Source: Eledone cirrhosa
Lineage: Eukaryota
Assembly (NCBI GenBank): GCA_964016885.1
Contig: OZ024743.1
Span: forward strand, 318,742,001-318,806,000
Reading direction: 5' to 3'
DNA length: 64,000 nucleotides
Shown: positions 10,862 to 23,346 of the stretch, one piece after another
Layout: every line of letters starts with the position of its first letter
How positions within the stretch are numbered: position 1 is the stretch's first letter
Notes under the pieces: generated by a model
Database searches by the model: none
Seen by the model: the letters and a program-made list of their open reading frames with translations, nothing else
What the model was told of the DNA's origin: nothing
Translations under genes and position numbers: made by a program

Positions 10862-11204
10862 TATAAGAAATATAGATAAAGTTTCTCGCCAGGAAAATAA
10901 GATTTTAAGTCTATTATCCCAGATTGTGAATAAACTTCGTTTTCTGCCGAAAAGTCAATGTTGAAAACATTTGCAAGTTGAGAATTGTTAGCAGGAGCAG
11001 AGATATCCCAAATATTACTTATTTAATATTGAGGAATTCCAAAATATCATTCCCATTCACACACACAAGAACTGTATATAAAAACTTCAGTATACTTAAG
11101 TGTTAGACAATCGTTTGTTTTGATAAAATCATATTAAAACTGATCAGGAGACAACATTTTGTATAAAATATAGAAAGTACATACACACACACATATATAT
11201 ATTT

Positions 11205-11392
11205 AACACGGTAAAAACCTCCCAGTCCACACTGTAAACGTGGTTGGTGTTATGAAGGGCATCCAGCCATAGAAAACCCGCCAGACAGTCCTATACGAGC
11301 AGGACAACAAATCTTGCCTCAAGTGGGAAAACTCCCGTCCAAATCCATGCAAACGTGGAAGATGGACGTTAAACGATGATGATGATGATGAT
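11205..11392 (+). mobile_element. RTE 3' UTR fragment (family B variant)
   Basis: GAAGGGCATCC motif, terminal hairpin, (GAT)n. Confidence 0.85.
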
Positions 11393-11517
11393 ATAGAGAA
11401 ATATTTCTATATGCTTATACATATACCACCATCACTGTATAATGTCTATTTTCCATACTTGGATGGGTTTGCACAAACACACACGTGAAAATTATAAAAA
11501 ACAAATATATATATATA

Positions 11518-12246
11518 ATCATCATCATCATCATCATCATCATTTTACATCCGCTTTTCCCTGCTTGCAAGGGTGGGATGGGTCTTATTCAGCACAGCAT
11601 CTCTCCACTCGTCACGGTCCTTCGTCATCTCCACCGTCAGCTTCAGTGATCTGAGGTCTGTTCTCACCACCTCCGCCCATGTTTTTCGTGGTCTTCCTCT
11701 ACCACATCTTCCTTCAACTGGCATTTCCTGTCACTTCTTCACCCATCGGTCATCCTCCATGTGCATCACATGTCCATACCATCGCAGTCTGCTCTCCCGT
11801 ACATTACATCACTACATTCTATCCCTCTCAGACACAGTTTCTCTCTCAACACATTTATGCTGGGTCGTTCATGCACATTTACACTGCACATCCAACGGAG
11901 CACGCTTGCCTCATTTCTCTCCAGCCGTCGCGTATCCTCTGCAGTTGCTGCCCATGTCTCACTACCATGCAACATCGCGCTCCTCACACAGGCATCATAC
12001 AACCGGCCTTTCGTACGCAGGGAGAAACCCTTCTTCGTCAACAGAGGAAGCAGCTCCCTAAACTTCTTCTAACCCGTCCTTATTCTAGATACTATGGCCT
12101 TGGAAAACCCTTCTTCCATGCTAATCTGATCTTCTAGGTACCGGAAGCTATCCACCACTTCTATAGCGCCCTCCTGCATTTGAAAAATGTGTCTATCAAT
12201 GCGACTTCTACTGTCTAATTTCCCTGTACATCTACTGCATACATAT
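11518..12246 (-). mobile_element. RTE LINE 3' fragment (family C), frameshifted
   Basis: Closely matches 27695-28421; [29 protein letters not shown]. Confidence 0.92.
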
Positions 12247-12296
12247 ATATGTGCCTCCATATATATATACATAGATGTATATACAGGTAAAGTATT

Positions 12297-12354
<58 letters not shown>

Positions 12355-12924
12355 GTGTACGCACACACATACACACATTTTAGGTGTGTATTTGTTCTTT
12401 TTTCATAATGTAATTTGTATATTCAACTGAAACTTGCCTTGTGAGAATCAAACAAAACACTTTTCATGTAATACATTACAAAACTGGGTGTGATTTCCTT
12501 TCTTATCTCAATCTTTTACATGAATACATGTATGTATGTGTGTGTGGAAGTGCATATATATATGTGAACAGAACAGTGCTAGATGTTTAAGTAATTTTCT
12601 TTTCAATCAATATGTCCTGGGTTCAACCCATTACGTGACATTTTAGGTGACATATACCAAGCCTTGAGTTGATCCATGACTTGGGAGTGGAATTGGGTAG
12701 ATGGTAACTGTTTGGAAGCTCATTGTGTGGAATGTACATGTAATTCAAAGGGTTATCCATGTCATGTACATCATGCTGAATCTCCCTGAGAATTGTATTA
12801 TGGGCACACGTGTCTGTGGAATGTAAAATTCATGAGTAGGCTGCTCTGTTGATCAAACAACTTGAACACTCACCATCAAAAGCAATGGAAGTGCATTTCA
12901 CATATATGTATGTGATCGTGTGAT

Positions 12925-13234
12925 TAAACCACTGGGAGTTAAGGACCCCTAGCCTTTGTCAGGGCATTCTTCTAGGAGAAGGCAACTCAGGAAACTGGGA
13001 TAACTCCGATATAAAACCTGCGGCTCAGTAGTTACCAATGATGTTGATCTTTTCTTCTTTTCGGGTTATAGCTACTGTCGCTCAGAGAGTGGGATTGGCT
13101 CAGTGCACAGTCTTTCCTCACTTTAAAAAATATGTTCATGCACAGGCATTGCACGATAGAATTAATTAATAATTATTAATAATGGTATATCGTGCAATGG
13201 CCATACTCAATAACGAGGCGGCAGCCATCATCAT
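12925..13234 (+). mobile_element. Second, more deleted copy of the bipartite RTE-derived element
   Basis: Shares CTAGGAGAAGG..AACTCCGATATAA..CCTGC, GAGAGTGGGA.TGGCT, GCACAGGCATTGC and the 3' tip GGCCATACTC..AACGAG..GGCAGCCA with 5717-6324. Confidence 0.7.
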
Positions 13235-13719
13235 GTGTGCATGCATATGTTTGTGAAGTATGTGTGTATATTGAACCTTTGATATGATACAAACTGGTGA
13301 TATGATACAAACTGTTTGTTTTAAAGTGTTTATATTTAGTTAAAACCTTCCAATAATAACTTTTGTAAGAACCTTTGATAAGGTATGTTTCACTGAATTG
13401 ATTGGCAAAATCCCAGACCCTATTCGTTTACCAAGTGAGGTGGAACTCATCAAATCGGACCAAGGAAATAATATTTCCATTGCTGACACTATCTACTTGT
13501 TGCAACTTATGGAAAAGAGAGCAGCGTGAAATAAGTGTCTTGCTCAAGGACATAACACATCACCCCATCTGGGAATCAAATTCATAACGTCATAATCACA
13601 AATCTAATTCTCTAACCACTAAGCTATGTTCCATGTATCAGTTTAATAATGAGAAAGTTGGTTATATTACAAAGTCTCTCAAAATTCTTTATTATTTTCA
13701 CAATTTGTTGAAAATCATT

Positions 13720-14045
13720 GGCAGTGCCTTTCATTAGAAATATGGTAACGGAAGTGTTAATTAGATACGTATTTTCTTTCATTAAAAATATGTTAATGAA
13801 AGTGTTAATCATCATTGTTTAATGTCCATTTTCCACACTAGAATTGATTAGATGGGTCAGGTGACTGTGTCTGTGTCTTTCATTAGAAATATGGTAATGA
13901 AAGGATTAATGACAAAGGCAGTATCTTTCATTAGAAATGTAGTAATGAAAGTGTTAATGACATAAACAGTGTTTTTCATTAGAAATATGGTAACAAAAGG
14001 GTAAATGACATAAACATTGTCTTTCATTAGAAACATGATAATAAA
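13720..14045. repeat. Diverged 48-bp tandem repeat of a MITE terminus, interrupted by an RTE tail (13810-13860)
   Basis: Same unit as 20960-21235. Confidence 0.8.
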
Positions 14046-14224
14046 ATATATATAAAGGTAGATTCCTGATGTATATCGGGAGGTGACCATAGTTAAAAAA
14101 GGTACGCATTATGTTAGTAGAGTATAGGCATATATATTTTATAGAAATGACTTCGACAGGACTAGAACTTTTTCATCCGTTAGTCCTGTAGAAGTCCTTT
14201 CTATAATAGTATATATATATATAT

Positions 14225-14746
14225 ATCATCATCATTTTTATGCCTATTTTTCCATGGTTGCATGGGTTGGCTGGGTCCGCTCAGCATCTCTCCCCTCATC
14301 GCATTCATTTGTCATCTTCTCTGTGCAAAAAAAAGTCCCAGCAATTTGAGATCAGCTCTCACCAGCTCCGCCCAGGTCTTCCTTGGTCTATGTCTACTGT
14401 GGCTTCCTTCTACTGGGATTTCTTAGCATTTCTTCATCCAGCAACCATCATCCATGTGCATCACATGTCCATACCAATGCCGTCTTCTCTCTTGCACACC
14501 ACTTCAGCTTCCTCTTAAACCCAGTTTCTCCCTCAGTTCATCCAAGCTCTGCCTTTCTCTCACATTTGCATTGCACATCCAATGTAGCATGGGTGCTTCA
14601 TTTCTCTCCAGTCTATGCATGTCCTCTATAATAACTGCCCATGTTTCACTACTATGCAGCATCGCACTTCACACATATGCATCTTATAGCCATCCTTTTG
14701 TACATGGGGAGAAACCTTTTATTGTCAACAATAGAAGCTCTCTAAA
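14225..14746 (-). mobile_element. Old RTE LINE 3' fragment (family D)
   Basis: Degenerate RRRHWYGHV and HSSETW codons; ATC tail. Confidence 0.8.
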
Positions 14747-15162
14747 GTGAATTGTAACTCTCGATAGAAACATCACAACTTTTCCAGTGACAGAAATCAG
14801 ACACTGAGCTGGAACAGATACAACAAGGCATTCCATCTGGTGCATTAATAATTCTTCCAATCCCCTGTCTCTGCTGGACTGGTATTTTATTTATTGACCA
14901 GGGAAGGATGAAAGGTAAAGTTGACTGTACTGGGTTTTGAACTTTGACTGCAGAAAGAACAAATATTGTAAAGTATTGATCCAGTTGTGTGTTCAAATCC
15001 TGCATTCAGACAGAACTTATGACGAGCAGAAAGTATCAGTAATGGAAAGGTAAATGGAAACATGGTTTCTTAATCCAACCTGATTATCGGCACCTTCATA
15101 TTTTTTTCTTTTTTGCTGGTAAGATACATGCATAGATTATATTATTTATAAGCTTTTTAAGG

Positions 15163-15375
15163 TGGATTGGCAGTATTGGTAGAGCATCGGACAATATGCA
15201 GTGCAGCATATAGTTACAACCCTTTACATTTTGAGTTTAAATCCCGCTGAGGTTAGCTTTGCCTTTCATCTTTATGGGGTTGATAAAATAAAGTACTAGT
15301 AATGCACCGGGGTCAATTTAATTGACTTTCCCCTTCCTTTCAAATTACTGGTCTTGAGCCAAAACTAGAAACACT
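15163..15375 (+). mobile_element. tRNA-derived SINE with Nin/Deu-like central domain
   Basis: TGGCAGTATTGG head, GAGTTTAAATCC B box, GCCTTTCATC..GGGGTTGATAAAATAAAGTAC domain; many other copies in window. Confidence 0.75.
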
Positions 15376-15629
15376 TATTTATAAACTTTTTTGGCAATTT
15401 ACAATGTTTTAGTTTAAATCCTGTCAAAGTAGGCAGCTATTCAGCAATTCAATAAAATAATTATCAATCCCCTATAATTAAGACTATGTGTATTTATTGA
15501 AAATCACACACAAACATCTACACATTTACAAATGTAGATTAACACACAATCTGTTTCTGAGACATGAAATGTTGATTGTCTAAAATTCGGTCAGCATATA
15601 GCAGTAGTATATCTCTAATTCATCTCTCC

Positions 15630-15672
<43 letters not shown>

Positions 15673-15673
15673 C

Positions 15674-15955
15674 AACACTGTAAAGTGGTCGTGTCAGTGT
15701 CATGACAAAATGCACCCAGTCCACACTGTAAAGAGGTTGTGCAGACATCACGACAAAAATGCACCCAGTAATCACTGTAAATGAGGTTGGTGTTAGGAAG
15801 GGCATTCAGCTGTAGAAACCAAGCCAAAATCAGTTCTGTATGAGCAAGATATGGTCACCTGACCTGGCATTGCTCATAACAAGATAACTCATCTAACCCA
15901 TGCCAGCATGGAAAAATGGATATTAAATGGTGATGATGATGATGATGATGATGAT
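15674..15955 (+). mobile_element. RTE family-A-type 3' UTR or SINE 3' half
   Basis: Similar to 2520-2793. Confidence 0.8.
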
Positions 15956-16621
15956 ATACACACACACATACACAAACATATCCCCTATGATTTAGGTTTT
16001 AAAATAATTTTTGTCATTCAACCCATTGATACCAAACCATCTGAAACTGTTCTTGGTTCTATGATATATAATATTTTATTTTAAAATGTCAAAACTTTCT
16101 ATCATAGTTTTATGTAAGAAACTTTGTCAAATTATATTCCAAACATGAGCTTAATATTGAGAAAATTAGCTATATTACTAATCCCTTCAAATTCTCTCAA
16201 GAGATTTGAAAATAATCGGCTATGTTTTTCATTATAAATGCAATGAAAGAGTTAAACACAGTTTTTTTCTTTCAGTTCATTTGTGTATTGTCATTGTGTA
16301 GTGATATTCATGCACATATAAGTATGCATGAATGACAGTGTTCAAATGATCTGAGAGCTGTCATGCTTTGTGGGGCATGCTTGCTTTGTTTCTTACCATT
16401 GTTCAGATTAACCTTTTTCTTTTTAGCGATTGCATTGTTTCATTTGGTTTGATCTCTGATTTTCATCAGGTGTCATATGTATGAATATATATAGTAACAG
16501 AAGAGAAATCTATATTTTTATACAAAGTAAGCTAATGCTCTTATCAACTAGGTCAATCATGAATGTTTATGCTTTTGTCACATAGTAGATGAGTGTGTCA
16601 TTAACTATTTTTACAAACAAA

Positions 16622-17100
16622 AGCTAAACAAGATCTGGAGAAGCAAAAAAAATCTTTCGCTTGGTACCAAGATGAGATTTTAAAATGTGCTTTTGTATGG
16701 GTGTGAAACATGGAATCTGAAGATTAATCAAGACAACCAGTTAGGTGCTTTTGACACCAAATTCCTACACAAAATTCTTGGCATTAAGTGGAATGACTTC
16801 ATTACCAACAAAGAAGTCTGTCAACAAATCCATCAACTACATGTGTCTAACATCATGTACAAGCATCAACTTGGCTGGTTGGGACATCTCACATGATTCC
16901 CAAGTGACAGACATACTAATTAGGTCCAGTATTGGTACCCCCGCCCCCCCTCCCCCTGGAAAGAGGATGTTCCAAGATGAACTGGTGGCAAACAACTGAC
17001 AGGAACCTGAAACCCATCAACAAAAGTTGGAATTATGTATTGATAGATGCAACTGACCATTGTCATTGGAACACTTCGGCTGCCTTAATTGTTTCAAGAC
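16622..17100 (+). pseudogene. Decayed RTE-clade ORF C-terminal fragment (separate family)
   Basis: KIWRSKK..TKMR; VLLYGCETW; KILGIKWNDFITNKEV; LGWLGHL. Confidence 0.8.
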
Positions 17101-17230
17101 ATATCCAGTCAGTTACTATATACACTTCCAGGAAAATCATATCTGATATTGATTGAAAGTTACATCAACTAAAATATAGTTTAAATGTGTATCATCTTTT
17201 TACATTTGTTTTCCACGCTGGCAGGGATTA

Positions 17231-17312
<82 letters not shown>

Positions 17313-18404
17313 AAATAATTAAAGGGAACAAAGAATCAGTATTGCATCATATACATATTTAATTAAACATATATATATATATCAGGATTTTACCAGTTTT
17401 AAGCTAGCAACATTCAGCAGTTTTCATTACTAGGGATTGTAGAGTGTAAATATATTTGAGAGTTGGAGCCAGACTCTCTAATATATATCATCATTGTTTA
17501 ATGTCCATATAATGAACCAAGGGTTCATTATTCAATTTTCAAATGTATTCAAAGTGCAATTATTGGAACTTACCCTATTTTGGATATTTTTGCTCTAAAT
17601 GATTGTTGATTGTAATAACACTTTGAGCATTGGATCATCATGTTATTTCATAACAAAGTAGATCTCTCTACTAATTAAACTTTTATATACACACACACAC
17701 ATATATATATAAGGTAAACATAAATAACAACACAATCGGTACAGTATATGGAAGGAACATATTAGTTTACCGCTTGAAATAGTAGGAAGAGGGTCTCAAG
17801 GTTTTGGACACTAATCTGTGTCTTGCTCAAGGACATAACGCATTGTCCAGGAATTAAACTCACAACCTCATAATTGCTAATCTAATTCCCTAACCACTAA
17901 GTCATGCACTTTCACTAATTCAATATATTTATAAATGAGATAGTTTCTTGAAATAACACATTATTTTCCAGTGAACTATGGTGTGTTTTCTTAAAAATAT
18001 CTTCCTGAATGGGCTTACAGATAATCAACTTTATCATCAAATGTTTTCTAATGTTGGTTCTATAAAATATTCAAACACTTTTTGATATAAACACAATCAA
18101 ACCCAGCTCTGGTTCTATTAACAAAACCACCCATTTTAAAGAATTCCTATTTAAATTAAAATCTGCCAGCATAATATAATAACCATATGTTAAATTACTA
18201 TTTTAGTAATGAAATAATTTACAATTTTAACAAATCCCTTGAAATTCACCATTAATTAATTGAAATAGTGTGTATTTCTAATGAAGGACTTCACAAATAA
18301 TTTAAAAAAAAATGATAATGATGATGATGATGACCTTAACTATCTTTGATGTTCATAAGAATGTTGAAAATTTATTTTATTTTAGAGCATTGTTAAAAGT
18401 AATG

Positions 18405-18960
18405 CCTGGTGTGTATTGGTATGTGTTGGTATATTGGTATGTGTTAATATGTGTTGGTATGTATTGGTATGAATTGTTATATATTAGTATGTATTGATAT
18501 GTGTTGGTATGTATTGGTATGAATTGTTATGGGTTGGTATGTGTTGGTGTATTGGTATGTGTTGGTATGTTGGTACATGTTGGTAAGTGTTGGTGTATTG
18601 GTATGTTGGTATGTGTTGGTATGTTGGTACATGTTGGTATCTGTTGGTGTATTGGTATGTTGGTATGTGTTGGTATGTTGGTACATGTTGGTAAGTGTTG
18701 GTGTATTGGTATGTGTTGGTGTATTGGTATGTTGGTACATGTTGGTATGTGTTGGTGTATTGGTATGTTGGTATGTGTTGGTATGTTGGTACATGTTGGT
18801 ATGTTGGTACATGTTGGTATGTGTTGGTGTATTGGTATGTGTTGGTATGTTGGCATGATTTGTGTTGGTGTATCGGTATGTGTTGGTATATTGGTATGTG
18901 TTGGTGTATTGGTATGTGTTGGTGTGTTGGTATTGGTATGTGTTGGTGTATGTTGGTATG
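18405..18960. repeat. Compound GTATGTTG / GTATTG / GTGTTG simple repeat
   Basis: Direct reading. Confidence 0.9.
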
Positions 18961-18968
18961 CGAGCATA

Positions 18969-19616
18969 GCTGTATACAGATATGTATTGGAATTTCGTAT
19001 TTCTAAAGAAATACGGTATGTTTAAAAATAAACATTGAGAAAGCCATAGCTATGCAAAAACACCGGTAGCTATCACCACCTGGTGGTGTCCAGCAGAAGC
19101 AAAGGGGGGACAATTGTCAATGTATTTCGAACTGAACTGGTTCTCATCAGGACGATTCCTCCCACTCTTGCAACTGCTGGACTTTGAAAACAGGCAAGAA
19201 TATATAGTTTTATCGTCTGTGTAAATGAGGTGATTAATCTCATTTGCATATGAAGCTGTATAAGTTGGCTCAACTCATAATAGAATTAGAATTTAGCTGT
19301 AAACAGATACGTATTGGAATTTCGTATTTCTAAAGAAATACGATATGTTTATAAATACAGCTTCATATGCAAATGAGATTAATCACCTCATTTACGCAGA
19401 TGAGAAAACTATATATTCTCACTTGTTTTCAAAGTCCAGCAGTTGCAAGAGCGGGAGGGATCATCTTGATGAGAACCAGTTCAGTTTATGCATCGACAAT
19501 TGCTTCTGCTGGACAATGCCAGGTGGCAAGAGCTGCTAGTGTTTTTTGCATAGCTATGGCTTTCTAAATGTTTATTTATAAACATACTGTATTTCTTTAG
19601 AAATCTGGAATTCCAA
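18969..19616. mobile_element. PLE pLTR-type composite: ~270-bp inverted arms (18987-19261 / 19355-19616) plus ~60-bp direct repeat (18969-19030 / 19295-19356)
   Basis: Direct reading; hammerhead motif within the arms. Confidence 0.75.
19112..19157 (-). ncRNA. Minimal type-I hammerhead ribozyme motif
   Basis: AATCGTC-CTGATGA-GAAC[CAGTTCA]GTTC-GAAA-TACA-TT-GACAATT; opposite arm keeps palindromic ATGCAT-C. Confidence 0.7.
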
Positions 19617-19651
19617 CACACACACACACACGTATATATATATATATATAA

Positions 19652-20737
19652 TCAGGGGCTCAAAGTGCCAACTACAAAAGAATTGGAGAAGTTCCAGGCA
19701 TGGAAACAAAATCTGGAATCAAAGGGTTTCAAAGTAAACCTAGAAAAGTTTTAAGTTTTAATAAGTAGGAAAGAGAATAAGATTCTTATGCTATCAGATA
19801 AATGGTCATGTTCAAAATGTTGAAAAAGAGTAAGTAGAAACTCCATATAGTGCACAAACACACCTATTGCTGGTACTCATTTTTAGTTGAGTATACTGGA
19901 GCAATGTTAAATGACGTGTTTTGCTCAAGAACACAACATACAAGCCAGTCCAGTAGTTGATAAGTCCAACATCTGGTGACCTCATCATCAATGGAGGTGA
20001 ATGTACTGAGTAACCAGAGTAAGGACAGGGTGGAAGAAGCTCAGGGAGTTGTTACCTCTGCTGGCAACAAAACACTTCTCTTTCAAAGTGTTTGAACTGC
20101 TGTGATACATGACAGTGTGACGTGGACCATGAATGTAGAAGAAGATTTGCTGCAGCTAAAAAGAAATGAAGTATGCATGCTTTGCTGGATGTGTTTGCTA
20201 TTGTTATGTAAATTGGCAGAGAACAAGTGAATTGAGAGAAAAACTGAGTATTAGAGAAATTGAATCTAGTGTGGAAGGGAGACAATTGCGCTTGTATGTT
20301 CATGTGAGGCTTAAGAAGAGCAAAAGTTGTATAAAAAAAGAAACCAAACTTCATGGAGGAGATGACACAGGACTCAGTTGACTGGTGAAATAGATATGAT
20401 ACAAGACCAGAAGCTACAGTGTTGGTGATGCAAACAGAGACAATATAGGGTTTGAGAAGGTTCTTCAGTCGAGTTGAGAATATGACAAATTCTTTAGTGC
20501 TAGCGCCATGATAAAATGTACCCAGTAAACTCTGTAAAGTGCAGTTCTAGTGCAAAAAAACAAAACAAACCATTCATTCACTACACTCTATAAAGTGATA
20601 CTAGTGGTGCCTTGAAAAAATGTACTTAGTACACCTTGCAAAGTGATTGGTGTTAGGAAGGGCATACATGCCAAATATGGAATGTGACAGACCACTAAAG
20701 AATGCCATTATAGAAAACAAATGTAAAATGATGATGA
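19652..20737 (+). mobile_element. Highly decayed RTE LINE with nested SINE fragment (19860-19950)
   Basis: Residual KFQAWKQNLESKGFKVNL and RVRTGWKKLRELLPLLATK; repeated 3' UTR module. Confidence 0.75.
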
Positions 20738-20959
20738 AAGGATTTAAAGAAAAAGCAAAAAAAAAAAAAGCAGAAATATATCAACAATGGACTTCCTTTT
20801 GATACCAAAGCTTAAAACCATCCCTAGTTCTATTATACACAATTGTTTTAAAGTGGCTATGTTTTATCTAAAAATCTTGCAGCATACTTCAAATATCAAT
20901 TAATTTATGAAAAAGATAGTAGTTGCTAAATTCATTCAATGTTTTGATCTTAAAATCAC

Positions 20960-21235
20960 AGGTAGTGTCTTTCATTAGAAATATTGTAATGAAAGGATTA
21001 ATGACATAGGTAGTGTCTTTCATCAGAAATATGGTAATGAAAGGGTTAATGACATAGGTAGTGTCTTTCATTAGAAATATAGTAATGAAAGGGTTAATGA
21101 CATAGGTAGTGTCTTTCATCAGAAATATGGTAATGGAAGTGTTAATGACATAGGTAGTGTCTTTCATTAGAAATATGGTAATGAAAGGGTTAATGACATA
21201 GGCAGTTTCTTTCATTAGAAATATGGTAATAAGAG
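20960..21235. repeat. 48-bp tandem repeat (~5.7 copies) of a TTAA-CCCTTT MITE terminus
   Basis: Minus-strand unit TTAACCCTTTCATTACCATATTTCTAATGAAAGACACTACCTATGTCA. Confidence 0.9.
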
Positions 21236-21258
21236 GGATAAAAAAAATAGTATATATG

Positions 21259-21383
21259 GTGGTGTGCTCATGCGTGGAGATGTTATAAAATAGCCTAGAA
21301 AAGAGGGTGAAAACCCTTAAAGATGGAAAAACAAGTAGCCACCGGCTGCTATTTTATAACATCTCCACACATGAGCATATCAC
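21259..21383. repeat. Inverted repeat with 36-bp arms and 53-bp spacer
   Basis: GTGGTGTGCTCATGCGTGGAGATGTTATAAAATAGC / GCTATTTTATAACATCTCCACACATGAGCATATCAC. Confidence 0.8.
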
Positions 21384-21892
21384 TTTTAAATTAATTTTAT
21401 CCCCTCAGAGCTTCATAAAGATCTGAAAGATCAGCTACGTAAACAAATTATATATTGCTATCGGGATAAGTGGTATAGATACTTACTTTTTTTAGCAACA
21501 AAATTGATAGGATTTTCAGATACTACCATGATTATTGAAACATATATATTATACCATAAAATAACAAATATTATTTTATGGTCACTGTCAGCTCAAGAAG
21601 ATGATATCCTTGTAGTAAACATATATTGAGGTGAAATAAATCAGAGAAAATAAATATTTTTCACATCAGATAACAATTAGCTTACATATTTAAATGTAAT
21701 GGAATGGACCTCTGTCAGTTTTAACAATGAGCGTTCCAGTTGTTTTCTCAACAGCACAAACTACTCATGAAATAAAGATGCAAGTGTTTGAACCTTCCAC
21801 AGAAACATCAACCCTTAATGTAATTCTCAGGGATATTCAGTGTGACTCTCTTTGAATAACAGGTACAGTCCATCTGCTTCAGGTAACAATCA

Positions 21893-21938
<46 letters not shown>

Positions 21939-22405
21939 AGTTGCTGTCAGCTCCAAAAGTAATATCCTTGTTGTAAACATATATTAAGGTGAAATAGTAA
22001 CAGAATAATTATTTTTCCACATCAAATATTAATTATCTAGCTATACCTAATCTATATGAATAAATAAATACACACAAACAGCCTAAATAAAATCCACAGG
22101 TAGGTATAATCTTCTTAATGAGTTGTTCAGACCTAGCAGTGTTTTAAATGTGTTTCTGTAGTTGTTTTTGTTGTTTTTTTACAGAACATGAAGGAAGATA
22201 TTTAGTGAACACAAAGCAATTATATGTAATTTAACGTCTGAAAAAAGTATTTAAGATATTTAAAGTAAAACAGACTTAGTGAATGATAAAATGCCACGTC
22301 AGATCCTTTTATGTTTATGTAATCAGTAAACCACAACTGGAAAATAAAACCATGGCTAAAACATGTTTTACACACACACACACACATATATATATAGAGA
22401 GAGAA

Positions 22406-22438
<33 letters not shown>

Positions 22439-23346
22439 GAGAGAAATAGAGAGAGAGAGAGAAAGAGAGAGAAAGAGAGATCAAGGAAAAAAATGCCCTA
22501 TGTAATGTACAGAACCATCATCAATCATCACCATTCCATGTCCACTTTTCAGGCTGGAGTGGGTTGGGCAGATTGCCAAAGTCTTAGATAAAAAAGGTGA
22601 GAGCAATAATATCTTGCTCATATATTACACACCCACACACATATATCTATGTATACAGATATATATATATATCATCAAACTTATGAAAGTAATTATACTG
22701 TTCAACAATTAAAGAGAAATTGATTGTGTAACAACAATGATGATAATTTCAATAATAATAATAATAATAATAATAATTGTTTCTACTATTGGCACAAGGC
22801 CAGCAATTACCCAGTACATTACTGGTACTTTATTTTATCGACCCCGTAAGGATGAAAGGCAAAGTTAACCTTGGCGGGATTTGAAATAATAATAATAATA
22901 ATAATAATGCTTTCTTTATTAACCACAAGGGTTGACACAAAGTAGACATTAAGGACAGTACAGGACAAACAGCAATTATAATTATTGTTATCAGTAATGC
23001 ACTGGGTAATTGCTGGCCTTGTGCCTAAAGTAGAAACAATTATTATTATTATTCATAAAAAAAGGTGTAGAGAAGCAGAGGTTTCTGTTCTTAATTTAGG
23101 CTGTAGTATAGACAATAATAAACTGATAGGGTGAGAACAACAAAAATAACTCACAACTGTCATGATGATGATGATGATGATGATGACTATTGTATATGAA
23201 TAGAAGACAAAAAGAACTGTCAAGTTTTTCAGGAGTCAAGTAAATCAACCTGATTCACTACATTTTTATATCTTACACTACTTACTTTATATATATACAT
23301 GATATATTTATATATCATATATATATCATATATATACATGATATGT

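Noticed and set aside
10880-11150. Short minus-strand open stretch (NIWDISAPANNSQLANVFNIDF...)
   Set aside because: No motif I can recognise; short and bounded by stops and (TA)n.
16455-16532. Possible small exon (TTTTCATCAG ... GTAAGC); similar acceptor-like site at 22170-22184 and donor-like site near 47115
   Set aside because: No recognisable protein, no consistent exon chain, and such sites are common in AT-rich DNA.
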